Shown: positions 36,318 through 46,222 of the stretch, one piece after another
Layout of the letters: the number at the start of each line of letters is the position of its first letter
Numbering within the stretch: the stretch's first letter is position 1
Assembly: GCA_963726855.1 (NCBI GenBank)
Contig: CAVSEB010000014.1
Span: forward strand, 2,668-66,667
DNA from: an uncultured Acidimicrobiaceae bacterium
GTDB lineage: Bacteria; Actinomycetota; Acidimicrobiia; Acidimicrobiales; RAAP-2
Reading direction: 5' to 3'
DNA length: 64,000 bases
Position numbers and translations under genes: made by a program
Notes under the pieces: generated by a model
The model's database searches: none
The model's input: the letters and a program-made list of their open reading frames with translations, nothing else
What the model was told of the DNA's origin: nothing

Positions 36318-37597
36318 ACTGTGCTGCTGACGACGGGGAACCGCATCCGGCTCGGTGCATTCCAATAGGGACAGGGCACGCCACTGGCGTGGGCCCGGGC
36401 ATCTGCTTCAAACACGGCCAACGCGCTGCGGACCAGACTCACCACACCGTCAGGATGACGGCAGGCGCCCCGGCCGTTCACGACGCTGAGGCGCCGGGCC
36501 AGCCGGTTCAACAGATCGGGTTCGGCCACGCCGCGAGCGAGACGGGTCATGTCGTCTGCGATGGCAGGCAGGCCGTACACACAGGGACCACACTGGCCCG
36601 CACTCTGGCCTGCCATGTAGTGCGCCACCCGTGCCGTCTCGGTCAGGCCGCAGGCCTCATGGCTGAGCACGATCAGGATGCCGACGCCGGCGGCTGCACC
36701 GACAGCACGGAGCGGCAGGGAGGCGTACGGCGTCGTGAAATGATCAGGTCCGACCCAGTTACCGCCGTAGCCGCCCACAAGGAGTGCACGCGGGGGGCCT
36801 AGGGGGTTCGCCCGAGCCGCGATGTCAAGAAGAGAAGTCCCTCTGACGACCTCGACCACACCCGGGTGTGTCACGGCGCCCGAAATGGTGACGAGCGAGG
36901 TGCCGGGGTCGTCGTTCGGTCCATGACTGCGAAAGGCCTCGGCCCCGAAGCGTCCGATCATGCACACATGGGCCAGGGTCTCCGCGTTGTGGATCAGCGC
37001 CGCCCGGCGCCCGACGCGCAAGGGCGTGCCTTTGTTTGGTCGGAACGTGGGGAGGGACCTGCCGCCCTCCACCCACTGCACCAACGCCGACTCCTCGCCG
37101 GCGACGAAGCGGTCGGGCGGGCGCACCATTTGCTCGGCCACGGGAGCCCAGCCTGCGGCTGCCCGCTCGGCCAAGGCGTGCGCCGTGGCGGCGGCCACCT
37201 GCTCGCGCCCGGCGGGCACGCAGACGGTGACCTGCGCAGCGCCAGTGGCGGCGGCCAGCAGCTGAGCACCGTCGAGCACCACGTGAGGGGATCGGATCAG
37301 CAGAAGTTTGTCCTTGTCGCTGGCCGGCTCCCCCTCCATGGCGTTCACCAGGATGGTGCCGCCTGAGCCTGCGGCACCGGTGACGGCCACCTTGATGGCG
37401 GCCGGGAAGCCAGCCCCGCCGCGGCCGGTCAGACCAGATATTTCGAGTGAACGGACAAAGGCCTGCCGCCACTCCCGTCCGGGCGACGTTGGTACCGGGA
37501 GTGGCCCGAGGACGGCCGCGTGCCCGGCGAGATCCGCCGGATGACCGAGGATGCGGTAACGGCTGGCGGCGGCGACGGTCTGGTCGACGCTAACCAC
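36314..37597 (-). CDS. NuoF-like protein (SLBB plus NADH-dehydrogenase-F 4Fe-4S region)
   Basis: GLTGRGGAGFPAAIK..., NAMEGEPASDKDKLLL, CGPCVYGLPAI...GRGACRHPDG. Confidence 0.8.
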   Translation of the reverse strand: MVSVDQTVAAASRYRILGHPADLAGHAAVLGPLPVPTSPGREWRQAFVRSLEISGLTGRGGAGFPAAIKVAVTGAAGSGGTILVNAMEGEPASDKDKLLLIRSPHVVLDGAQLLAAATGAAQVTVCVPAGREQVAAATAHALAERAAAGWAPVAEQMVRPPDRFVAGEESALVQWVEGGRSLPTFRPNKGTPLRVGRRAALIHNAETLAHVCMIGRFGAEAFRSHGPNDDPGTSLVTISGAVTHPGVVEVVRGTSLLDIAARANPLGPPRALLVGGYGGNWVGPDHFTTPYASLPLRAVGAAAGVGILIVLSHEACGLTETARVAHYMAGQSAGQCGPCVYGLPAIADDMTRLARGVAEPDLLNRLARRLSVVNGRGACRHPDGVVSLVRSALAVFEADARAHASGVPCPYWNAPSRMRFPVVSSTV

Positions 37598-38213
37598 GGC
37601 GAACTCGAGGACCGATGCGCCGGCCGATCGCTAGGTGCTTCGGAGGGATGCCGCCGACTGTCGCGTGCGCTGTACGTGCGGCCGTTTGACGTGTGACGAC
37701 AACCGCCCGCCAGGCCAGGGCAGCCGACACGGTGGCCACGCAGACCACCCCGAGCACGATCACCCATTGTTCGCCTGCGTCGGTGCCCATGCCGAACGTA
37801 TGGGCGAGGGCGATCGGCCAGGAGAGGTAGGCCAACCAGTGCAGGGCGCGCCAGGTTTCCGGTCGCAGGCGCGACCGGAGCAGGCTCGTCACGAACACCG
37901 CTGCCATCAGGTCCAGCGAGACGGCGCCAACACCGACCCAGAACCTGTCGTAGCCGGACGTGAAGGGCACCACAATTGCCGCCCACCCGATGTCGACATA
38001 CGTGTCGAGCACGCTGGTCAGTACGTGGAGCGCGACGAATACCACCGCGATCATGGACAGGCGACGGTGCATTTCCTGTTGGGCGAATCCGGGCCACTGG
38101 CGCGCCCGGGCCCGAGTCGTGGTTGTGATGCCCAGCACCATGGTGACGGTGAGGAGAACGAGCGCCATCAACCCGGTAGCCCGGGTCGCGTACCAGAACG
38201 CGGTGGAGCTCAT
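37590..38213 (-). CDS. ferric-reductase/MsrQ-like transmembrane (di-heme b type) protein
   Basis: Starts at the ATG at 38213 (MSSTAFWYATRATGLMALVLL...). Has HRRLSMIAVVFVALHVL and LHWLAYLSWPIALAHTF His pairs in TM helices. ATGA overlap with ApbE. Confidence 0.75.
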   Translation of the reverse strand: MSSTAFWYATRATGLMALVLLTVTMVLGITTTTRARARQWPGFAQQEMHRRLSMIAVVFVALHVLTSVLDTYVDIGWAAIVVPFTSGYDRFWVGVGAVSLDLMAAVFVTSLLRSRLRPETWRALHWLAYLSWPIALAHTFGMGTDAGEQWVIVLGVVCVATVSAALAWRAVVVTRQTAARTAHATVGGIPPKHLAIGRRIGPRVRRG

Positions 38214-39157
38214 GCTGATTCCTCGAGCGGCCAGCCGTTCACGGTGAAGATCCTCCCGTCGACCCGGACAAGACGGACAGACTGTTCGAAGCGGCGGAGT
38301 TGGTCGAGCGCATCGGCCCCCCAGACGAGCGAGGCGGTGGTGACAAGGTTGGCCTCCACGCACGAGGTCGCGGTGGCAGACACGAGCGACCAGTAGCGCT
38401 CGGCGCAGTCACCGGTACGGGGATCGACGATGTGGTGCATCTCGCGTTCGCCCGACCTCCACGTCCGGGCGCCGACGGCAGAGCTGGCCAGCCCGCCGTG
38501 CCTGATGGCGACCACTTGATCTACCTCCTCGGCCTGGGCCGACGATTCATGAGCGATGCCAATCGCCCAGCCGTCACGGGGCGATGGACCGGCAACGGCA
38601 ACGTCACCACCAAGGCTGACGAGCACCCCACCGTTGACGGCGTGCGCGATCCGCGCCGCAGCGCGGTCGGCCGCCAGCGCTTTTGCGCTCGAACCGAGGT
38701 CGAGACGCACGCCCTTCGGGATGCGCACCGAGCATGTCCGGGGATTGAGCTGCACGTGCAAGTAACCGGGCACTAGACCGAGGGCGTGTGGGGATACAGG
38801 AGGGCGAGTCTGCACATGCGCGAGATCGGCGTCATACCCAAGAGCGCAAATGGCGTTGCCGACCGTGGGATCGACCACGCCACCAGTGCGGGCGGCGACG
38901 CGGCAAGCCACTTCGAGCGCCTCGAACAGCAATCCCGAAACCCGCACGGTCCGACCCGCCTCGGCGTGGACCATGGCCAGCTCGGAGTCGTCTCGGAACC
39001 GGCTGCAGGCCAGATCGATCTCCTTGAGCGTTCGGTCGAGCACGCACTCAGCCAGGCTCGCTTGATCCGGTTCCTGCACGACCACGGTGGCCGTGGTTCC
39101 GATGGCACGGAAGGATCGAGCCGTGAGACCTGTGTCGGACGCGGCCGTCAGCGTCAT
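38210..39157 (-). CDS. apbE: ApbE-family FAD:protein FMN transferase
   Basis: ...FRAIGT...VDPTVGN...DLGSSAKALAADRAA...LVSLGGDV...GLASS... is the ApbE pattern. 315 aa. Confidence 0.85.
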   Translation of the reverse strand: MTLTAASDTGLTARSFRAIGTTATVVVQEPDQASLAECVLDRTLKEIDLACSRFRDDSELAMVHAEAGRTVRVSGLLFEALEVACRVAARTGGVVDPTVGNAICALGYDADLAHVQTRPPVSPHALGLVPGYLHVQLNPRTCSVRIPKGVRLDLGSSAKALAADRAAARIAHAVNGGVLVSLGGDVAVAGPSPRDGWAIGIAHESSAQAEEVDQVVAIRHGGLASSAVGARTWRSGEREMHHIVDPRTGDCAERYWSLVSATATSCVEANLVTTASLVWGADALDQLRRFEQSVRLVRVDGRIFTVNGWPLEESA

Positions 39158-39485
39158 CGTGAGGTACCCCCGGACGTCACCGTCGGTGTGGACGAGGTGG
39201 ACGACGGCGCCGAGGTTGTCGAAGTGGTGGTGTTCGAGGTCCCAAGGTCCGACGACTTCGTGGTCGACGAACCACCGGTCGTGGTTCCGTCCGACTGGGA
39301 ATTTCCCCGCTCGAGGACGTGTCGGAGGATGTGGCGCTCGAGCCGGGGTGCTCTCGGGCCACGGCGACAGCGATCACGGCGGTTGCACCGGTGACCGCAA
39401 GCAGAGCACCTCGCGTCGCGTGGCGCACCCGGGACTGGGCCCTGGCCCTCCTCTCGGATCCCGTCATTTCAGATTGGTGTGGCAT
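39154..39485 (-). CDS. membrane-anchored Ser/Thr-rich protein, frame-broken as sequenced
   Basis: MTGSERRARAQSRVRHATRGALLAVTGATAVIAVAVA anchor, then SSATSSDTSSSG. After a break at the ggggaaa run (about 39295-39310) the frame reading NSQSDGTTTGGSSTT...TVTSGGTSR ends in an ATGA overlap with apbE. Confidence 0.5.
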
Positions 39486-39743
39486 CGATCAACAACCTCT
39501 GCTCGCGGGACGTCTCCATCCCAACATCCCCGATTCGACCCCGGCTCGGGATGCGCTGTGTGTCTCCTGTGACATCCCGCCGGCGCACTGCAGGCACGAA
39601 GAGCCCCGTGCTGCCCTGCTCGTCCGCCTCAGTGGATGCAGTGAAGCTGGGTCGATCGGTATGGAGAATTTCCGTCGGTATGACAATATTCGGGTTCCCT
39701 GCGGCCGAGGCCCCGAGGAGTGCCGCGAACACGGAAGGCCGCA

Positions 39744-40256
39744 ATGACGCGTTATACGCTCGATTCGGAGCGATCCTGCATCTGGGTGAGCGCCCGGTCG
39801 AGCCTGCACCCCATCAACACAGAGACCCGCGGCCTGACCGGATGGTTCGAAGCAACGGCCAGGGAGGACGGAACCCTCGATCTGGGCGTGCCCGTCGAGG
39901 GAGCGCTCACGCTCGCCGTTGAGAAGCTGACGTCGGGCAATCAGCTCTATGACCGCGAACTGCGCCGACGCATCGATGCCCGGCGACATCCGAGCATCGC
40001 CGGTTCGTTGACGCGAGTCTCCTCCACCGACGAGCACCCTCACTACGTCGTCACGGGCGACATCTCTTTCCATGGCAAGACCCTCACCTTCGAGCACGAG
40101 ATGGACATCGACTTCGCGCCCGGGACTGTCCTGCTCTCCGGTGAGGACACCTTTGACATCCGCCAGTTCGGAATGAAGCCTCCCAGCATGCTCATGGTCC
40201 GGGTCTACCCCGAAGTCCACGTCAGGGTGGAGCTACACGGAAGCGCAAATGTGTGA
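39744..40256 (+). CDS. YceI-like domain protein
   Basis: MTRYTLDSERSCIWVSARSSLHPINTETRG...LTSGNQLYDRELRR...VTGDISFHGKT...FDIRQFGM matches the YceI pattern. Confidence 0.65.
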   Translation: MTRYTLDSERSCIWVSARSSLHPINTETRGLTGWFEATAREDGTLDLGVPVEGALTLAVEKLTSGNQLYDRELRRRIDARRHPSIAGSLTRVSSTDEHPHYVVTGDISFHGKTLTFEHEMDIDFAPGTVLLSGEDTFDIRQFGMKPPSMLMVRVYPEVHVRVELHGSANV

Positions 40257-40507
40257 GCACGTTCACGAAGGGTCTGGGCAAGGGCATTCAAGTTGTGACC
40301 GAAGATTACGGGCCTTGAATGAAGGCAGCATGACGGACTTGTGATCAGTTCTCCGGCCCTGACGGGCTGGAGATGCCCTATGTCGAGGGATGGAGACGGT
40401 CGCCTGCCGGTCTTGCTCCGCGGTTTTCGTGCCTCGGGACGGCAATGGATCGCCCATGGCCCAGCCGCCACCTTGGCGACCCCTCCATCAAGGCGAGGTG
40501 ATCGTCG

Positions 40508-42397
40508 CTATTCGACGCTTGAGGTGTCTGAGCCACGACGTGCGAAGGCCGCAAGATCGAATGTGACCCGACGAGCTGCCTTCTTGGCCTCGTACATGGC
40601 GTGATCTGCTTCGCGCACCAGCTCCATCGGGTCTGTCTCGGGTCCACAACGAGTCAGCGCGACGCCCACACTGGCGGTGAGCGGTATGTCGAAGTCGTCG
40701 ACGGCGATCGTGCGCGTGGCGAAGTTGTCGTGGATCCTTTGGACTACTTCGTGCCCGTCGACGCTGTGAGCGTGGCACAGCACGATGAGGAACTCGTCGC
40801 CTCCCATCCGGCCGACGATGTCGCATGTCCCAATGGTCTGGCTCAACACCTCGCCGGTTGCCACGATCGCTGAATCCCCAACTTCGTGCCCAAAATTGTC
40901 GTTGAGAGGCTTCAATCCGTCAAGATCGATGAACAGGACGGCGACCGTCTCGCCTTCCCAGCGACGCCTACTGACGTCGTTCGTGAGGTAGTCGAAGATC
41001 GCAGCCCGGTTGTAGAGACCGGTAAGTCGATCGTGAGTCGCCGCCTCGTGGAGCTGCTGGCGGTGGATCTCTTGGACACGGATCCGGTTCGACAGCGCGT
41101 CGATGCTCGCCTGAAGGGCCATACCAGTCTTCCCCGGGAGCGGGGTGAGCAGCTGAGGATTTGAAAGATCCTCGTCAGCAAGCGCGACAGCTTTGGCCTC
41201 GACCGCTTGCAGCGAGCCGGCCATATCGTTGAACGCCGACGTTGTCACGACGACTTCGTTGGGGCCGGTCTCGGCGATGGGAGGAACGTCAAAGTTGCCG
41301 GCATGCACTTGCAACGCGTTCTTGGACAGAAGGGTGAGAGGCCTCGTCAGGAAGCGAGCCGTGGCGATCACGGCGACTGCGCACACAATCAGGAGTAGGG
41401 CAAGAAAGATGAGTCGGTCCACAAAAGCATCTCCAGCGTGCTGGGCCTGGAGCGCAGCGCTGTGACTCAGATCTTGTGATGCCGCGGTGACAAGGTGGTC
41501 TAAATCGCCGAGATACGTGAGACCTGGGCGCATGGAATCCCCGGCAAAGGTGAGGTTGCCCGCAAACGGGGGCGGAAGGTCATGGAGGGCAACGTTGAGC
41601 CCCTGTGCGATGGTTGCCGCGAACGCCTTGTCACCTGGGTTGGTCTGAATGGTGTTCCACACATGCTGAGCCGTTGGCGTGAGGTGACCGGAGAATTCCC
41701 TCGTGGCGGACTCGAACTCACCGGCGGCTTGAATCAGCTCCTGTTTGGAATCGGCTGGTCCAAGACCTTGGAGCACGTAGATCCCGCCCTCGATCTCGTG
41801 GCCTCCGGCGAGGAATGCCTGATACGCCTGGTAGAGGGCCGCCGCGTGAACCTCGAAGACGCCGGGTGGGCCCCAGGTCGCGATGTTGTCCTGCAGACGG
41901 TTGAAGTCCCTGTACCAAAGCGCGTCGATGTCGTTGGCCATCTTCGTGAGAGCCGCGTGGACTTCGGCGAACGTCGCCTTTCGCGTCTGGATTTCTGGAA
42001 TGAGTGCGATAGCCGTGGCAAGGTCTTTCCGGAGATCGGGTGTGGCCGTGAAGACGGGCGACTGGGCCAGGTTCTCGCTTTCGTCAGCCAGCTGCACGTC
42101 GAACGGCACCGTCGGCTTCAAGAGCGTGTCCAACCCGGACTCAGTCACACCGAGTTGAGCCGCGTAGGACACAGCGGTCATGGGGACTTCGAGGGAGTTG
42201 AATTGAGCCCGTGCCGCAGCAACCTTGGAGAGATCGTGGGCGTTGCTGGAAACCGTCCGCGCGGCCTCACGCGAACTCCAGCTCGAAATGGCTTCGGAAC
42301 CGGTCAGAACGGCGGTCGCGATCGACGGTATGAGGACCAGCAAAAACAGCACCAGGCGGATGCCCGGATGCCATGGACTCTGCCCAGCACCTTTCAT
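40508..42397 (-). CDS. membrane sensor diguanylate cyclase (periplasmic domain-HAMP-GGDEF)
   Basis: Starts at the ATG at 42397 (MKGAGQSPWHPGIRLVLFLLVLIPSIA). Second TM plus HAMP. RLTGLYNRAA...GGDEFLIV active site. Confidence 0.88.
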   Translation of the reverse strand: MKGAGQSPWHPGIRLVLFLLVLIPSIATAVLTGSEAISSWSSREAARTVSSNAHDLSKVAAARAQFNSLEVPMTAVSYAAQLGVTESGLDTLLKPTVPFDVQLADESENLAQSPVFTATPDLRKDLATAIALIPEIQTRKATFAEVHAALTKMANDIDALWYRDFNRLQDNIATWGPPGVFEVHAAALYQAYQAFLAGGHEIEGGIYVLQGLGPADSKQELIQAAGEFESATREFSGHLTPTAQHVWNTIQTNPGDKAFAATIAQGLNVALHDLPPPFAGNLTFAGDSMRPGLTYLGDLDHLVTAASQDLSHSAALQAQHAGDAFVDRLIFLALLLIVCAVAVIATARFLTRPLTLLSKNALQVHAGNFDVPPIAETGPNEVVVTTSAFNDMAGSLQAVEAKAVALADEDLSNPQLLTPLPGKTGMALQASIDALSNRIRVQEIHRQQLHEAATHDRLTGLYNRAAIFDYLTNDVSRRRWEGETVAVLFIDLDGLKPLNDNFGHEVGDSAIVATGEVLSQTIGTCDIVGRMGGDEFLIVLCHAHSVDGHEVVQRIHDNFATRTIAVDDFDIPLTASVGVALTRCGPETDPMELVREADHAMYEAKKAARRVTFDLAAFARRGSDTSSVE

Positions 42398-42902
42398 GGT
42401 GCTGTGGACTGTCCGCTTATGCAATCGTCAGCCTGTTCCACGCTGATACCTACCGCCTAGCCGCCCCGGGATTGAACATAGAGACACCGTGAATCTCGGC
42501 ACGTAAGTAGCTGTGCTTGACCCGAGAGAAACCACTTCAACAACAGCTGAAAGTCCAGAAGGCATTTGCCGTCTGGACTCATGAGACTTGTCCGGCGGCT
42601 CATACTTCCGGACGATCCGGTTGTTCGAGTGTTGTCTTCCATGCCTGCAACCGAACCGAACAAGGGATCCCGACGCGCGGCCCATTTGGGCCGTCAGTCT
42701 TCGCCCGCGGGGGGCCGATGGCCCCCGTTCGGTCCGGCGGTATTCAATCCCGGCGGACCCAAAACACGCCTCGGAGCGCCAGGCTCGAGACAAGATCCGG
42801 CTCACCGAACCCTCAAACGTTGGCCTTTAATCGCGCGCGGCTTGTGTACCTCTGTGGCGACGCACTTGATGAGCCGAATTGACCCTTGGACATGCTGTGG
42901 GA

Positions 42903-43880
42903 CTATCCGTCGCCACGCAGTTCTTCGGGTGTGACGACGACATCGACGATGGCTTCGGATCGGAGGACGGTCAGTGCCAACGGTTGACCGATAGCGTCAC
43001 CCAGCATCAGTCGCTGCAACGACTGGGCGCTCGTAACTGCCTCGCGGTTGGCCTTGACCAAGAGATCGCCGCTTCGCAGTCCAGCACGTGCGGCGGGTCC
43101 TTCCGGGACGACCTGCTCGATCCGCATCCCAATCTTCTGATCGAGTCGAACGGCGAGTGGCGGAGGGAGTGGAGCGGGCGTACCCGCTAGGCCGAGATAG
43201 GCCCGTCGGACGCGGCCCTCCGCCATGAGGCTGGCGACGATCTGTCGGGTGATTCCGTTGACTGGGATAGCCAGGCCGACTCCAACACCTGCCACGGCGG
43301 TATTGATGCCGACAACCTCACCCGAGGCGACAACAAGTGCCCCGCCAGAGTTACCCGGGTTCAGTGCGGCGTCAGTTTGAATGACGTCATCGACGATGCG
43401 CACGTTCTCCCCTGCTCGGGTTGGCATGGAGCGACCCAAGGCACTGACCACTCCCGCCGTGACGGTGCCGGCCAATCCGAGGGGGTTCCCGACGGCCACG
43501 ACCAGTTGCCCGACTCGCAGATGTGAGGCCTCCCCCAACAGCGCCGGTGCTGGGGTCACGCCGTCGGCCCGAACCACGGCCAGGTCAGACAGAGGGTCGC
43601 TCCCGACGACGTGGAACGGGACGGTGGTGCCATCGGCGAAGGCGGCCTGCCCAGCTTCAGCCGTACCAACCACGTGAGCGTTCGTCAGCAAGAAGCCATC
43701 GTTCGTGAACACCACCGCCGAGCCTGCGCCTGCGGCGATGCTCCCGTCCCGGAGGCGACGAGAGACCTGGAGCGCAGCGACCCGGGGGGTCAGTTGTTCA
43801 GCGACTGAGACGATGACCTGGGAGTATGCGTCAAGTGCCGCAGCTTCCGGTTCGGTTGGTCGGGCAAGAGTATCGGTCAT
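42903..43880 (-). CDS. S1C (HtrA/DegP-like) serine protease with PDZ domain, no signal peptide seen
   Basis: LLTNAHVV (His), a plausible Asp region, GNSGGAL (Ser), and a C-terminal PDZ (GLRSGDLLV...). Confidence 0.88.
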   Translation of the reverse strand: MTDTLARPTEPEAAALDAYSQVIVSVAEQLTPRVAALQVSRRLRDGSIAAGAGSAVVFTNDGFLLTNAHVVGTAEAGQAAFADGTTVPFHVVGSDPLSDLAVVRADGVTPAPALLGEASHLRVGQLVVAVGNPLGLAGTVTAGVVSALGRSMPTRAGENVRIVDDVIQTDAALNPGNSGGALVVASGEVVGINTAVAGVGVGLAIPVNGITRQIVASLMAEGRVRRAYLGLAGTPAPLPPPLAVRLDQKIGMRIEQVVPEGPAARAGLRSGDLLVKANREAVTSAQSLQRLMLGDAIGQPLALTVLRSEAIVDVVVTPEELRGDG

Positions 43881-43890
43881 CCAGAGTCCT

Positions 43891-43905
43891 TATTACGGGA
43901 TTACA
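43891..43905 (-). promoter_or_regulatory. GTAAT-repeat motif TGTAATCCCGTAATA (site 2)
   Basis: On the minus strand: GTAAATGTGTAATCCCGTAATAAGGACTCTGGATG. It ends 10 nt upstream of the protease ATG. 13 of 15 positions match site 1. Confidence 0.45.
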
Positions 43906-44155
43906 CATTTACTTATAGCGGATCCTCGAAGCTCTCATACCGTGGTGTCGGGCAGAGCGTCGCCGGAGCGCGAAACCGCTGGTCGTCGTCCCTGATCCCC
44001 TCAAGGCCAGTAGCAGCACTGGTTCTGGCGCTCCTCTCGAAACTGTTTCGGCATCGTCGATGCCGAGGCCGCAGGGATCGACCGGTCCAGATGCATACGT
44101 AGGGCCAGATATAAGGAACGAAAAATCTTGGATCCACAGGGGGTCCCAGCTACTT

Positions 44156-46222
44156 CTACGACCAGAGCGACTCGAGATCGGCATCGACTCTGCCGAAGCC
44201 ATCTCCTACTCCAGGGTCCGAAGCCCATGCGGCGAGCTCGTGTTGAACATCTATTTCGTCAAACTTCGACCGAACCCGAGCGGACAAGAATCGGGAGGGT
44301 TGTGCCCACCCGTGGGAATCATCTCGGCCACGGGGCCGGTGGTGATAGCGCAGCGGGAGGTAGACATGAAGCGCACTACGCGCACGGGTCAAGGCCACGT
44401 AGAAGACGCGTCGCTCTTCTTCGAGACCTTCCGGTGATCCCAACGCCATATCCGACGGCACCATTCCGTCCGTGGCGTTAATGACGTGTACGGCTTTCCA
44501 CTCGAGACCTTTGGCTGAGTGAATGGTGGAAATCGTCAACCAGTCCTCGTCGATTGTCGGATTGCCGGCAAGATCAGAGGTCGACCGCGGGGGCTCTAGG
44601 GCAAAGTCTGCCGCGACGTCTGAGAGCCGGGAGGTTTTGGCCGCCGCAGCGACGAGCGAATCCAAATCAACTAAACGAACGCTCGAATCGGGATACGTCG
44701 CTTGAATGAGCGGAACGATGACGACACGAAGACGCTCCGCACGCGCGACCAAGTCACCATCTCTACGAGCAAGGGCCTCGACAAGACCCTCGGCTTGAGA
44801 GCGAGTGGAGGCTGGCAGTAATTCGGCTGCTCGCGGCCAGCGATCGAGGACTTGTTCTTGGTTCATTGGGTTGGCGTCGGGATCGCTCAACCCAAGGGCC
44901 GCCAAGACTCGTCGAGCAATGGCCGGGCCGACTCCCTCGTGGAGTTGCAGAAGCCGGAACCACGCCAGCGAGTCAGAGGAGTTGTCGGACAGCCTGAACG
45001 CCGCGAGCAAATCCTTTACGTGGGCGGCCTCGACGAATCGCAAGCCCCCATACTTGACATATGGAACTCGTCGACGTCCAAGCTCAAGTTCGAGCAAGTT
45101 CGAGTGGTGTGCGGCGCGTACGAGCACTGCTTGCTCTTTGAGGAGGATGCCTTCCTCTCTGTGCGCAAGGATTTGCTCGCAGACCGCCGAAACCTGACCA
45201 TCCTCGTCGGCACATCTGACGAGGCGAGGGCGCATTCCGGCTTGAGCGTTCGCGGCCTCAAGCACAACGGAGAAGCCCTCCGGCGCTTCAGCGGCAACAC
45301 TGTTTGCCACGTCAAGAATTTGTTGGCTTGATCGGTAGTTGGTACTGAGAACTACCGTCTGCGCCCTCGGAAAAATTTGGTCGAAGTCCAGAATGTGCCG
45401 CGGTTCAGCAGCACGGAACGAGTAGACGGCTTGCGCATCGTCTCCCACGATCGTTATTCGTTCGTCGGTTCGGCGTAGCGCCTTCAAAACATCAACTTGC
45501 AGTCCATTCACGTCCTGGTACTCGTCAACCAGTATGTGATCGAACGAACTCGCAAGCCGTGGGCCCAACCGATCATCGAGGGCGGCGGCCCTCCAGAGCA
45601 AGAGAAGATCGTCGAAGTCAAGCATGCCTCCAGCTCTTTTGGCGGCGACGTAACCACGGCAAATCTCGATTACCTGCTCAACAACATCGTTTGCCCACGG
45701 CGCCACCGTCGCGGTCACCGTCGAGATCGAATTCCCAGTGTTTACGGCTCGAGAATAGAGGTCGAGGAGAAGTGCCTTACGCGGGAACCGCTGACCGCAG
45801 GACTGTGCGTAGCAGCCCTCTTCTCGAACGAGGTCGATGACGTCGGCAGCGTCAGAAGGGTCCAGAACTGAGAATCCCTCCGGAATACCGAGCGCCTGTG
45901 AGTACCTCCGCAAAGTTCTGTGCGCAATGGCGTGAAACGTCCCCCCGATGACCCTGCTCGTCGTGGGATCAGATCGGCCGTCCCTTTGCTGTGCGGCCAA
46001 CATCGCACCAGTCCGATCCAGCATCTGCCGCGCCGCTCTTCGCGTGAAGGTCAGCAGGAGAATCCGTTCCGCCGGCGTTCCAGTCGCCAGCAACCACGCG
46101 ACGCGAGCTGAGAGCGCAGTCGTCTTGCCCGTTCCGGCGCCAGCAAGGACCCGAAGCGGCCCGCCTTCGTGGCTCACGGCTGCTCGCTGGGCCTCGTTGA
46201 GGTCCTCCATCCAGGCGAACAT
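44156..46222 (-). CDS. UvrD/PcrA-family ATP-dependent DNA helicase
   Basis: LNEAQRAAV..LRVLAGAGTGKTT (Walker A), ILVDEYQDVN, ...YRSSQQIL, ...TIHSAKGLEW, VALTRAR. Sampled lines give 45-60% GC. Confidence 0.92.
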   Translation of the reverse strand: MFAWMEDLNEAQRAAVSHEGGPLRVLAGAGTGKTTALSARVAWLLATGTPAERILLLTFTRRAARQMLDRTGAMLAAQQRDGRSDPTTSRVIGGTFHAIAHRTLRRYSQALGIPEGFSVLDPSDAADVIDLVREEGCYAQSCGQRFPRKALLLDLYSRAVNTGNSISTVTATVAPWANDVVEQVIEICRGYVAAKRAGGMLDFDDLLLLWRAAALDDRLGPRLASSFDHILVDEYQDVNGLQVDVLKALRRTDERITIVGDDAQAVYSFRAAEPRHILDFDQIFPRAQTVVLSTNYRSSQQILDVANSVAAEAPEGFSVVLEAANAQAGMRPRLVRCADEDGQVSAVCEQILAHREEGILLKEQAVLVRAAHHSNLLELELGRRRVPYVKYGGLRFVEAAHVKDLLAAFRLSDNSSDSLAWFRLLQLHEGVGPAIARRVLAALGLSDPDANPMNQEQVLDRWPRAAELLPASTRSQAEGLVEALARRDGDLVARAERLRVVIVPLIQATYPDSSVRLVDLDSLVAAAAKTSRLSDVAADFALEPPRSTSDLAGNPTIDEDWLTISTIHSAKGLEWKAVHVINATDGMVPSDMALGSPEGLEEERRVFYVALTRARSALHVYLPLRYHHRPRGRDDSHGWAQPSRFLSARVRSKFDEIDVQHELAAWASDPGVGDGFGRVDADLESLWS

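Noticed and set aside
42398-42902. c-di-GMP (GEMM-I) riboswitch upstream of the GGDEF gene.
   Set aside because: A GGCAAA tetraloop-receptor-like piece exists. The ACGCAAAGCC block and the paired second hairpin are absent.
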